A DNA stretch of 32,000 nucleotides from Candidatus Omnitrophota bacterium. GTDB lineage: Bacteria; Omnitrophota; Gorgyraeia; Velamenicoccales; JABMQK01. Location of the stretch: NCBI GenBank assembly GCA_042570265.1, contig JBHPGU010000013.1, positions 20,435-52,434 of the forward strand. Direction: 5' to 3'. This document shows, piece after piece, positions 8,789 to 18,372 of the stretch. Every line of letters starts with the position of its first letter. Position 1 is the stretch's first letter. The notes beneath the pieces are model-generated. The model worked only from the letters and a program-made list of their open reading frames with translations. It was not told where the DNA came from and did no database searches. A program made the position numbers and the translations under genes.

Positions 8789-9760
8789 ATGAATATGTTG
8801 CCGGCTTTTAAGATTACTGCTTTTGCCATGTTCCAGATATTTATTCTGGGGCTTATAGGTTATCTGTTAACCCGGAAGAAAGTGATTTCCGAGGACAACC
8901 TTAAATTCTTGGCAAAATTAGTTATTAATCTATTTTTTCCTTGTTTTGTATTTGTAAAGCTGGTTTCTAATTTTGATTTCAAGTCTTACCCTAACTGGTG
9001 GGTTTTTCCCTTGATAAGTTTTTTTGTCACTGGGGGGAGTTTCTTAGTAGCTAGATTGTTTGTAAAACTCGATAAGAATTTGGAGAAGCTAAAACGAGAA
9101 TTTATAAGCCTGGTTACGTTTCAAAACGGCGGCTACCTGCCTTTGATACTAGTAGCTTTATTGCTGCCTGCGGGTAGAAGAGAAGAGATATTCATATATA
9201 TATTTTTGTTTTTGTTAGGGTTTAATGCTATTTGGTGGAGTGTAGGTGTATGGCATTTAACTAAAGGCCATGAAAGCAAATTCGATCTGAAATCTATTTT
9301 TAATCCTCCGGTTATCGCCATAGTCGCGGCTTTGTTATTAACAGCCGTGGGTTTAGATAGGATTATCCCACATTTTTTAACCGGGACCATGGAGATGATC
9401 GGCGATTGCGCTCTGCCTTTGGCCATAATCACGGTAGGGGCAAATTTAGCCCTGATAGATGTTTCCGGAACAAACCATAGCCGCTACATCATTCAGATCA
9501 TTCTGGCTAAATTGTTGTTTATGCCTTTGTTATTTTTGGGAGTGATACTTTTGATAAGGCCTAGTTATTCGATCGCTCTGTTGATTTTACTCGAGAGCAC
9601 TATGCCCTCGGCCGTAACGCAAAGCATCGTCATGCGCCACTACGATAAAAAAGACAATATCGTAAGCTTGGCTATTTTTTGGACGCACGTGGTATGTTTA
9701 TTGACTATTCCTGTATTCTTGATTTTGTTTAGTACTTTTAAAGATTTTATTTATAGATAG
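8789..9760 (+). CDS. AEC (auxin efflux carrier) family transporter
   Basis: 323 aa with ~10 TM helices. Two-halves architecture with a central loop, as in membrane transport protein family PF03547. Confidence 0.8.
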   Translation: MNMLPAFKITAFAMFQIFILGLIGYLLTRKKVISEDNLKFLAKLVINLFFPCFVFVKLVSNFDFKSYPNWWVFPLISFFVTGGSFLVARLFVKLDKNLEKLKREFISLVTFQNGGYLPLILVALLLPAGRREEIFIYIFLFLLGFNAIWWSVGVWHLTKGHESKFDLKSIFNPPVIAIVAALLLTAVGLDRIIPHFLTGTMEMIGDCALPLAIITVGANLALIDVSGTNHSRYIIQIILAKLLFMPLLFLGVILLIRPSYSIALLILLESTMPSAVTQSIVMRHYDKKDNIVSLAIFWTHVVCLLTIPVFLILFSTFKDFIYR

Positions 9761-9767
9761 CAGGTTC

Positions 9768-10226
9768 ATGTCGGATAATACTATTACAACTAACAGTAAG
9801 GCTTATAGGGATTACCATATACTTGAGACTCTTGAGTGCGGTATCCAGCTAAAGGGTAGCGAAGTGAAGTCATTGAGAGAAAAGAGGGCTAGTTTAAACG
9901 AGAGCTTTGCCCGAATGGAGAATGGTAATGTAACTTTGCATGATTGCCATATAACTAGCTATGAGAAGCGGGATGGTTTTGATAAAACAGAGCCGACTCG
10001 ACCGCGCCGGTTACTTTTACATAAAAAAGAGATTGATAAATTAGCTATAAAAGTAAATCAGCGAGGGTTTAGTTTAGTGCCGACTAAGATGTATTTTACC
10101 AGGCGCGGTTTAGCCAAGGTACAGCTAGCCTTAGCTAAGGGCAAGAAGCTTTATGATAAGCGCAGAAATATAAAAGAGCGCGAGCTTAAACGTGAATTGG
10201 GACGCACGATTCGCAGAAGAAGCTAG
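9768..10226 (+). CDS. smpB: SsrA-binding protein SmpB
   Basis: 152 aa. Contains NSKAYRDYHILETLECGIQLKGSEVKSLR and RPRRLLLHKKEIDKL, plus the basic C-terminal tail typical of SmpB. Confidence 0.95.
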   Translation: MSDNTITTNSKAYRDYHILETLECGIQLKGSEVKSLREKRASLNESFARMENGNVTLHDCHITSYEKRDGFDKTEPTRPRRLLLHKKEIDKLAIKVNQRGFSLVPTKMYFTRRGLAKVQLALAKGKKLYDKRRNIKERELKRELGRTIRRRS

Positions 10227-10285
10227 GGATTAATTAGAAATTTGAAAGTTATTTGTTTATTTTGAAGTTTGATCATTGATAACAT

Positions 10286-10713
<428 letters not shown>

Positions 10714-10719
<6 letters not shown>

Positions 10720-10908
10720 ATGCCGAACTAATGTAGTTCGGCGCCTAACCGAATTGTAAATTAATAAAAGGTTTGGTGGATGCTGAAACAATGTGTTTCA
10801 GCGCCTAGCCGATTTGGTGGATGCCGAACTAATGTAGTTCGGCGCCTAACCGAACTAGTAATTAATGAAATGAATGGTGGATCCGCCAATTTGTTTTACA
10901 AATTGGCG
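10714..10908 (+). repeat. Tandem array of four hairpin modules (TGGTGGAT box plus 9-10 bp stem)
   Basis: Module A 10714-10753 and module C 10815-10854 are identical (TGGTGGATGCCGAACTAATGTAGTTCGGCGCCTAACCGAA). Module B 10774-10812 has stem GCTGAAACA/TGTTTCAGC. Module D 10875-10908 has stem CGCCAATTTG/CAAATTGGCG. A truncated GGATGCCGAA box lies at 10941-10950. Confidence 0.8.
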
Positions 10909-10969
10909 AGATCTCGTCATCCCGCCAAAGGTGGAATGACGGATGCCGAAATAGATTAAGGAGGACGGT

Positions 10970-11320
10970 ATGAAGAAATGGTTATTTTTGGTGATGATAG
11001 TTTTTGTAGTATCTGGTTGTGAATTGCCCCAAAACGCGTCTATTAAAGTTACAGATAAAGATAAAGTCTTAGCTGAACAGAGTATCGCTATTGAAGAAGA
11101 AGTGCCCATTGCTTTAGAAGAAGAGAAAATAGGGGTTGAATCAAAAGAAATCAAGGTAGAAGCAATCGTTTTGGCAAAGGAAGAGGTCGCTATAATTAGG
11201 ACTTCTGACGAGATAATCGCGCAGAACCGTTGGGGATTTTCCATTTATGATCCCGAGACAGGCGTTGCAGAGTACTATGCTAGTAAAGGTAGTTACTTAG
11301 GGAAGAAATCAATCTATTAA
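10970..11320 (+). CDS. Small acidic lipoprotein, function unknown (first gene of the trehalose operon)
   Basis: Signal peptide with lipobox VVSGC. Strong RBS AAGGAGG. E/K/I-rich mature part. Only 11 nt before treZ. Confidence 0.7.
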   Translation: MKKWLFLVMIVFVVSGCELPQNASIKVTDKDKVLAEQSIAIEEEVPIALEEEKIGVESKEIKVEAIVLAKEEVAIIRTSDEIIAQNRWGFSIYDPETGVAEYYASKGSYLGKKSIY

Positions 11321-11331
11321 TAGGCCTATCA

Positions 11332-13152
11332 ATGAATATCGGAACGACATATAAAAGCGGGATAGCCGAGTTTGTGGCCTGGGCGCCGTTTTTGAAAGAA
11401 CTCTCCATTAGAATCATCTCGCCTAAAGAAAAATTAATCCCCATGAATAAATATGATAAGGGGTATTGGAAGGCCTCTGTGAGTGGAGTCAGTGGATCTA
11501 CGCGATATTTTTATAGGCTAGATAATTCAGTTGAGAGGCCTGATCCGGCCTCCTTTTTTCAGCCTGAAGGGGTACATGGTCCGTCTCAAATTATTAATCA
11601 CAACTATTTTACTTGGAATGATAAGTCTTGGAAGGGTATTGCCCTAGAGAAGATGATTATTTATGAGCTTCATGTTGGAACATTTACTCCAGAAGGGACA
11701 TTCGAGGCTATTATTAGTCGTTTAGATGATTTAATTGACCTAGGGATTAATACGATTGAGCTTATGCCGGTAGGTCAATTTCCCGGAGAGCGCAATTGGG
11801 GTTATGACGGAGCATATCTATTCGCAGTCCAAAATTCTTACGGCGGCCCAGATGACTTAAAGAATTTAGTAAACGCATGTCATCAGAAAGGCTTGTCTGT
11901 TATCTTAGATGTAGTCTATAACCACTTTGGTCCTGAAGGAAATTACCTGGCTGAATACGGGCCGTATTTTACTGACAGATATAAAACGCCCTGGGGTAAG
12001 GCCGTTAACTTCGATGGCCAGTATAGCGATTCGGTGAGAGATTTTTTTATCAAGAATGCTCTCTACTGGTTTAAGAACTTTCACTTTGACGGTTTAAGGC
12101 TCGATGCTATTCACGGCATTTTTGACAATAGCGCTAAGCATATATTAGAGGAACTCGCTGAAGCTATAGATTTATTCTCAAAAGAACAGAGTAGGAAGTA
12201 TTATCTTATTGCTGAGAGTGATTTAAATGATACACGCGTTATAAAAAATAGAGAGCAGAAAGGCTATGGTATTGATGCGCAGTGGAGCGATGATTTCCAC
12301 CATACTGTCCACTCCTTACTCACCAAGGAAGATAAGGGTTACTATGGTGATTTTGGGAAACCACAAAACCTAATAAAGGCATTTACTCAAGGATTTGTCT
12401 ATTCTTGGGATTACTCTGCTTTTCGCAAGCGATATCACGGTAGCTCTTCTGCTGAAGTTCCCGCCAAGCAATTCGTAGTCTGTATTCAAAACCATGATCA
12501 GATAGGAAATCGCATGTCAGGAGAACGCTTGAGCAGCCTTGTGTCCTTCGAAGCGCTAAAATTAGCAGCCGCGACCTTGTTAGTTTCTCCTTATGTACCG
12601 CTCTTGTTTATGGGCGAAGAGTATGCAGAGGATAATCCATTTCTTTATTTCGTTAATCACTCAGATGTGAACCTTATGCAGGCAGTTAGTGAAGGTAGGA
12701 AGAATGAGTTCAAATCGTTCCAATGGAGTGGGGAATTTTTTGATCCTAATTCTAAGGAAACTTTCTTGAAATCAAAGTTAGATTGGAGCAAGAGGTCCCA
12801 AGAACACCATGAGATTATGTGTAGCTGGTATCGAGAGTTAATAGGGCTTAGAAAACAGAAAGCAGCCCTTTCGAGTCTAAACAACAAAGATTTAAGAGTG
12901 TGGAGTGATAAATTTGAAGGTTTATTTTTTCTTTCCAGATGGCATAGAAAGAGCAGGATTCTTTGTTTTATGAATTTCTCCCAAAAACAATTCTCTTTCG
13001 ACCTTAGGGGATTAAAAGGGAAGTATAGAAAAGTAATAGATTCTTGCGAATCAAAATGGAATGGGCCTGGTGTTCTTATGCCCGAAGTATTGAAATCGAA
13101 AACTAAATGCAGTATTCATCCTCACAGCTTCTTATTATACGAAACGAGGTAG
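11332..13152 (+). CDS. treZ: Malto-oligosyltrehalose trehalohydrolase (GH13)
   Basis: 606 aa. GH13 conserved regions DVVYNHFGPEG, FDGLRLDAIH, LIAESDLND and IQNHDQIGNR, and the YELHVGTFTPEGTF block typical of TreZ. Confidence 0.9.
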   Translation: MNIGTTYKSGIAEFVAWAPFLKELSIRIISPKEKLIPMNKYDKGYWKASVSGVSGSTRYFYRLDNSVERPDPASFFQPEGVHGPSQIINHNYFTWNDKSWKGIALEKMIIYELHVGTFTPEGTFEAIISRLDDLIDLGINTIELMPVGQFPGERNWGYDGAYLFAVQNSYGGPDDLKNLVNACHQKGLSVILDVVYNHFGPEGNYLAEYGPYFTDRYKTPWGKAVNFDGQYSDSVRDFFIKNALYWFKNFHFDGLRLDAIHGIFDNSAKHILEELAEAIDLFSKEQSRKYYLIAESDLNDTRVIKNREQKGYGIDAQWSDDFHHTVHSLLTKEDKGYYGDFGKPQNLIKAFTQGFVYSWDYSAFRKRYHGSSSAEVPAKQFVVCIQNHDQIGNRMSGERLSSLVSFEALKLAAATLLVSPYVPLLFMGEEYAEDNPFLYFVNHSDVNLMQAVSEGRKNEFKSFQWSGEFFDPNSKETFLKSKLDWSKRSQEHHEIMCSWYRELIGLRKQKAALSSLNNKDLRVWSDKFEGLFFLSRWHRKSRILCFMNFSQKQFSFDLRGLKGKYRKVIDSCESKWNGPGVLMPEVLKSKTKCSIHPHSFLLYETR

Positions 13153-13156
13153 AAAT

Positions 13157-15577
13157 ATGAATCGTTTTATCTGTATTCATGGACATTTTTATCAACCGCC
13201 CAGAGAGAACCCTTGGTTGGAGGAAATAGAATTCCAAGACTCTGCGTATCCATATCATGATTGGAATAATCGTATTACCGCGGAGTGCTATGGTCCGAAT
13301 ACGGCTGCGCGTATTTTAGGGCCTGAGCGAAATATAATTGATATTATAAATAATTACTCCAAAATCAGTTTTAATTTTGGCCCTACGTTGCTTTCTTGGA
13401 TGGAAAAGCATGAACCAGACATCTATCAGGCGATTCTGGATGCGGATAAGTTGAGCCAACAGCGATTCTCTGGACACGGCGCGGCTCTGGCACAAGTGTA
13501 CAATCACATGATTATGCCTTTGGCTAATTCCAGAGATAAAAGGACACAGGTAATCTGGGGCATTAAGGACTTTGAATCGAGGTTTAGCAGGAAGCCAGAG
13601 GGGATGTGGTTGGCTGAAACCGCGGTGGATTTAGAGACGTTAGATATTTTATCAGAATACGGAATCAAATTTACCATTTTGGCTCCGAAACAAGCTAAAA
13701 GAGTAAGGAATGTTGATGAAAAGAAGTGGAGAAATGTAAGTGATTCTAAGATTGATCCTAAGTTGCCGTATGTATGCAAGTTGTCTTCAGGCAGGAGCAT
13801 CGTCATATTTTTTTATGATGGGCCTATTTCCAATGATATTGCTTTCGGGGAGCTACTCGATAGCGGAGAAGGTTTTGCAGATAGATTAGTTTCTGTATTT
13901 GCAGAGGTTGATCAGCCGCAACTTGTGCATATCGCCACTGACGGGGAGAGTTATGGCCACCACCACGCTTATGGTGATATGGCTTTGGCTTATTGTCTTT
14001 ATCACATTGAGTCAAATAACTTGGCGCAGATTACTATTTATGGTGAGTACTTAGAAAAGTTTCCTCCTGCTCAAGAAGTTGAGATTTTTGAAAACTCATC
14101 ATGGAGTTGCGCTCATGGCGTCGAGCGCTGGAAGAATAATTGTGGCTGTAATTCGGGCGCACACCATGGGTGGAATCAAGATTGGCGCGCACCTCTGCGA
14201 GGAGCCCTGGATTGGCTAAGGGATAATCTAAGCAATATTTTCGAAGAGAACTTGAGTCAACTTGTACAGGACCCTTGGCAAGTAAGAGATGAATTTATTG
14301 AGGTTATTCTAAAAAGAGATTCAGGACATTCAGAACAGTTTATACAAAAGCACGCAAAGAAACAGTTGTCGCAGGAAGAAAAGACAACAATACTAAAGCT
14401 TCTAGAGATGCAGCGCCATGCCATGCTTATGTATACGAGTTGTGGTTGGTTTTTTGATGAGATCTCCGGTATAGAGACCGTACAGATTATCCAGTACGCT
14501 GCACGGGCAATACAATTAGCTAAAGATGTAAGCGGGATATCGCAAGAAGAAACTTTTAAAGGACTGCTCAAACGTGCTCCCAGTAATATAAGCGAATTCA
14601 AAAATGGCGCTGTAATATTCGAGTCATATGTGCAGCCATCTGTTGTGGATACATTGAGAGTCGGAGTCCACTATGCTGTCTCGTCCTTATTTAAAGATTA
14701 TCTCGATCCTGCACAGATATATGCTTATAAAGTAGCAAAACAAATCTATGAACGCCAGCTCGTCGGCAAGCATAAATTAGCCTTTGGCCAGATTTCAGTC
14801 AGTTCGGATATTACATTAGAGGAAGACAGGATTTGTTTTGTGGCTTTGCATCTGGGGGATCATAATATTATCGGCGGCGCCAAGAAAAATTCAGAGTTTG
14901 AGTTTGCCAAGAATGTTTACCAAGAGATAAAAGATAAGTTTACTAAGACAGAGATTTCTGAAGTGGTCCATTTGATCGATAAATACTTTAGCGATCATCG
15001 CTATTCCTTATGGTACTTATTTAAAGATGAACAAAGAGAGGTTCTAAAGGAAATATTCAAGGAGTCGGAAAAAGAGATTGAACTGTCTTTTAGAAATATC
15101 TATAAGGAATATTTTTCTGTCTTGCAAGCTGTGGAGTCATCACATGTGTCCGTGCCAAAATATTTGGTGGCAGTATTAGATTATATTTTTGATACTGATA
15201 TCCGCAGGGCCCTTGAGGCTGATGTCCCGGATTTTTACGAGCTAAATAGGCTGATAGGCGAATTTAAACGCTGGCCCATCCAATTAGATAAACACACTTT
15301 ATTCTTTATCGCCAACAAACAGATCTTTAAATTCATTGATAACTGGTCTAAAGACATAGATGATTTGAGTTTGTTGGAGAAAGTAGTGAATTTGTTTAAG
15401 ATCGCCGAAAGCCTACAGTTAAACGCGAGGATTTGGAGAGCCCAGAATATATATTTTACTATTGGCAAAGAACACCTGCAGTTAAAGCAAGAGAAGGCGC
15501 AGTCAGACGAGCATGCGCGTAGATGGATAGAACTTTTTAAAGAGTTAGGCAATTACCTGCAAGTAAAAATTGAATAA
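13157..15577 (+). CDS. Glycoside hydrolase family 57 protein with a long C-terminal extension (DUF3536-like)
   Basis: 806 aa. GH57 signature regions are present: HGHFYQPPRENPW (region I), GMWLAETAV (nucleophile Glu region) and HIATDGESYGHH (acid/base Asp region). The ~400 aa helical C-terminal half is of unknown function. Confidence 0.85.
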   Translation: MNRFICIHGHFYQPPRENPWLEEIEFQDSAYPYHDWNNRITAECYGPNTAARILGPERNIIDIINNYSKISFNFGPTLLSWMEKHEPDIYQAILDADKLSQQRFSGHGAALAQVYNHMIMPLANSRDKRTQVIWGIKDFESRFSRKPEGMWLAETAVDLETLDILSEYGIKFTILAPKQAKRVRNVDEKKWRNVSDSKIDPKLPYVCKLSSGRSIVIFFYDGPISNDIAFGELLDSGEGFADRLVSVFAEVDQPQLVHIATDGESYGHHHAYGDMALAYCLYHIESNNLAQITIYGEYLEKFPPAQEVEIFENSSWSCAHGVERWKNNCGCNSGAHHGWNQDWRAPLRGALDWLRDNLSNIFEENLSQLVQDPWQVRDEFIEVILKRDSGHSEQFIQKHAKKQLSQEEKTTILKLLEMQRHAMLMYTSCGWFFDEISGIETVQIIQYAARAIQLAKDVSGISQEETFKGLLKRAPSNISEFKNGAVIFESYVQPSVVDTLRVGVHYAVSSLFKDYLDPAQIYAYKVAKQIYERQLVGKHKLAFGQISVSSDITLEEDRICFVALHLGDHNIIGGAKKNSEFEFAKNVYQEIKDKFTKTEISEVVHLIDKYFSDHRYSLWYLFKDEQREVLKEIFKESEKEIELSFRNIYKEYFSVLQAVESSHVSVPKYLVAVLDYIFDTDIRRALEADVPDFYELNRLIGEFKRWPIQLDKHTLFFIANKQIFKFIDNWSKDIDDLSLLEKVVNLFKIAESLQLNARIWRAQNIYFTIGKEHLQLKQEKAQSDEHARRWIELFKELGNYLQVKIE

Positions 15578-18363
15578 TGCATGTCCCTATAGCTACCTAT
15601 AGAATTCAGTTTAATCCTCAATTCGGATTCCAAAAAGCTGAACAGATCTTACCTTATCTGTCTGATTTAGGAATCTCTGATATATATGCCTCGCCAATTT
15701 TTAAGGCCCGCAAAGGCAGCCTGCATGGCTATGATGTTGTGGATCCTACACGGTTGAATCCTGACTTAGGAAGTGAAAAAGATTTCCAGGATTTGATTAA
15801 GGTAGTAAAAAACAACCAATTGCACTGGATCCAAGATATAGTCCCCAATCACGTTGCCTTTGATTCTGAAAATTCCATGCTTATGGATGTATTGGAAAAT
15901 GGAGCCAGTTCTCAATACTATGGGTTTTTTGATATCGACTGGAACCATCCCTATGAAAATATGAACGGTAAGATCCTGGCACCCTTTTTAGGTAGATTCT
16001 ATTCAGAGTGCTTAGTCGATAGTGAGATACAACTTAGATTTGACGAGTTAGGACTGGGTATTGCTTATTACAACATACGCCTTCCGCTGAAAATAGAATC
16101 ATATTTTGAAGTGTTTCAACAGGGCATAGACAAACTTGAAGAAAAATTAGGCGCTGGCGATAGTGATTTTATAAAATTTCTAGGTCTGGTTAATTTGCTG
16201 AAAACATTCGCATCTAATCAGACAATAGAGAATCGCGATCAGCAGATCCGCCATGCAAAAAAGATGCTCTGGCAGCTCTATTGTGAAAACGAGCGCATAA
16301 ATGAGCATATCCATGAATCCGTATCTGTTTTTAATGGAAGCAAAGGAGACGAACATAGTTTTGATATTTTGGATAAGCTAATCACCAAGCAACTGTTTAG
16401 GTTATCTTTCTGGAAGGTAGCCGCGGAGGAGATAAATTATAGAAGATTTTTTAACATTAACGACCTTATTTCCTTAAAGACGGAAAAGAAGAAGGTCTTT
16501 GATGCTATACACAGTCTGATATTCGATTTAATAGATAAGGGATTTGTAAGTGGCTTGCGTATCGATCATATTGATGGACTCTACGACCCAACGCAGTATT
16601 TAACCCGAGTAAGAGAGAAGGCTAAAGAGGCATATATTATTATTGAGAAGGTCCTTGAGCGAGGCGAGAGATTCCCTCATGTCTGGCCCATACAAGGTAC
16701 TACAGGATATGATTTCCTAAATTATGTAAACGGAGTCTTCTGCTATAGGAATAGCGAGAAGGTATTTACCAAGTCTTATTACAGATTTACCGGTTTGCAT
16801 ATTAATTTTGATGATCTTTTGTTTGAAAAGAGGCGTTTGATTATTGGTAAACATATGGCAGGTAATATTGATAACCTGGCACAGTATATTAAGAAAATTT
16901 CCAACAAAGACAGGTATGGGCGCGATATTACGCTCTATGGTTTAAGAAGGGCGCTTGTAGATGTATTGGCTTCTTTTCCAGTCTATAGAACATACATAAC
17001 TTCGGATTACTACAGAGAAGACGATAAAAAATATATAAAAGAGGCCATGCAGAAAGCTAGGCAGAGAAATCCGGGGCTTCTCTATGAGCTGCATTTTATA
17101 GAGAAATTTCTTCTGCTCGATTACGATACTACGCTACAGGAGGAAGATAAGCAGAAGCGGGTGCAATTCGTAATGAATTTTCAGCAAAATACAGGCCCTT
17201 TAATGGCTAAGGGATTTGAAGATACGGTGCTTTATGTATACAATAAGCTCATTTCATTAAATGAAGTGGGTAGTAATCCTAACCGGTTCGGTTTCACCTT
17301 AAAAGAATTCCATAAATTCAATAAAGACAGAAGGCAGCTCTATCCTAATTCACTTAGTACAACCGCTACTCATGATACAAAAAGAGGAGAGGATGTGCGC
17401 GCCAGAATTAATGTCCTCTCTGAAATCCCCAAGGAGTGGAAGAATAAGCTTAAAAACTGGCACAAGTCAAATCGTATCTATAGAAAGAGAGTCAACGACT
17501 ACTTTGCTCCAGATGAAAATGACGAATATTTTATCTATCAAACACTTCTGGGGGCAATGCCTTTTGAAGGGGTTAGCGACTCTTTCAAGGAGCGCATAAG
17601 AGAATACATTATTAAGGCGGTCAGGGAGGCAAAGGTCCATACAGCCTGGATAAAACCGGATGCTGAATATGAGCAGGACTGTTGTTCATTCATCGAGAAT
17701 ATCCTGCAAGCAACCGAGGAGAACAGATTTCTAGGAGATTTTCTTGAGTTTCAAAAGAAGGTCGCTGTCTACGGGATATTTAATTCGTTGTCTCAGACAA
17801 TACTCAAGATTACTGCACCAGGGGTTCCGGATTTTTACCAGGGAACAGAGCTATGGAATTTGACTCTAGTCGATCCGGATAATCGCAGAGAAGTTGATTT
17901 CGTCCTGCGCAAAAATATAATCTCTGATCTAAAGAAAAAGGAAGCAAAGAATATCTCAGGGTTGATTGATGAGTTGTTATCGAGCAAAGAGGACGGCAGG
18001 ATAAAGTTATTTCTAATCTATCGCTTGCTTAAGGTCCGCAATAAGAAACCAAAGGTCTTTCAAGAAGGCTCTTATGTTCCTTTAGCCATAGAAGGAAGAT
18101 GTAGGGATAAGATTATTGCTTATGCCAGAAAACACGATAGAGATTGGGCGATAGTTATAGCGCCGAGATTTTATGTATCTATATTATCTGAAGCAGATAA
18201 TATAGTAAAAGATGAAGTCTGGGCAGATACTTGTATTTTACTGCCAGCCAAGACTCCGTCTTTGTGGCAGGAAGCTGTAAGTGGAGAAAAGATAGAGGCT
18301 GCTGGAAAACTTTTTATCAAAGATGCGCTGCGGAATTTTCCAGTGGGTTTATTGGTATCTTAA
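15577..18363 (+). CDS. treY: Malto-oligosyltrehalose synthase (GH13)
   Basis: 928 aa. N-terminus PIATYRIQFN, plus the DIVPNH, GLRIDHIDGL and ATHDTKRGEDVRAR blocks characteristic of TreY. The start overlaps the stop of the preceding gene. Confidence 0.9.
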   Translation: MHVPIATYRIQFNPQFGFQKAEQILPYLSDLGISDIYASPIFKARKGSLHGYDVVDPTRLNPDLGSEKDFQDLIKVVKNNQLHWIQDIVPNHVAFDSENSMLMDVLENGASSQYYGFFDIDWNHPYENMNGKILAPFLGRFYSECLVDSEIQLRFDELGLGIAYYNIRLPLKIESYFEVFQQGIDKLEEKLGAGDSDFIKFLGLVNLLKTFASNQTIENRDQQIRHAKKMLWQLYCENERINEHIHESVSVFNGSKGDEHSFDILDKLITKQLFRLSFWKVAAEEINYRRFFNINDLISLKTEKKKVFDAIHSLIFDLIDKGFVSGLRIDHIDGLYDPTQYLTRVREKAKEAYIIIEKVLERGERFPHVWPIQGTTGYDFLNYVNGVFCYRNSEKVFTKSYYRFTGLHINFDDLLFEKRRLIIGKHMAGNIDNLAQYIKKISNKDRYGRDITLYGLRRALVDVLASFPVYRTYITSDYYREDDKKYIKEAMQKARQRNPGLLYELHFIEKFLLLDYDTTLQEEDKQKRVQFVMNFQQNTGPLMAKGFEDTVLYVYNKLISLNEVGSNPNRFGFTLKEFHKFNKDRRQLYPNSLSTTATHDTKRGEDVRARINVLSEIPKEWKNKLKNWHKSNRIYRKRVNDYFAPDENDEYFIYQTLLGAMPFEGVSDSFKERIREYIIKAVREAKVHTAWIKPDAEYEQDCCSFIENILQATEENRFLGDFLEFQKKVAVYGIFNSLSQTILKITAPGVPDFYQGTELWNLTLVDPDNRREVDFVLRKNIISDLKKKEAKNISGLIDELLSSKEDGRIKLFLIYRLLKVRNKKPKVFQEGSYVPLAIEGRCRDKIIAYARKHDRDWAIVIAPRFYVSILSEADNIVKDEVWADTCILLPAKTPSLWQEAVSGEKIEAAGKLFIKDALRNFPVGLLVS

Positions 18364-18372
18364 AAAACAAAC

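Noticed and set aside
10731-10736. ATG-TAG start-stop mini-ORF in the loop of hairpin modules A and C (ATGTGTTTCAGCGCCTAG in module B), with GGTGGA as a possible Shine-Dalgarno
   Set aside because: The start codon would be buried in a 9-bp stem-loop. The SD spacing is long (10 nt). The pattern is more simply explained by a conserved loop sequence. It is pure speculation without expression data.
10855-11244. 129-aa minus-strand ORF across the repeat array and the lipoprotein gene
   Set aside because: It is antisense to a plus-strand gene that has a strong RBS and lipobox. It has low-complexity S/I/T-rich composition and no RBS, so it is a typical shadow ORF.
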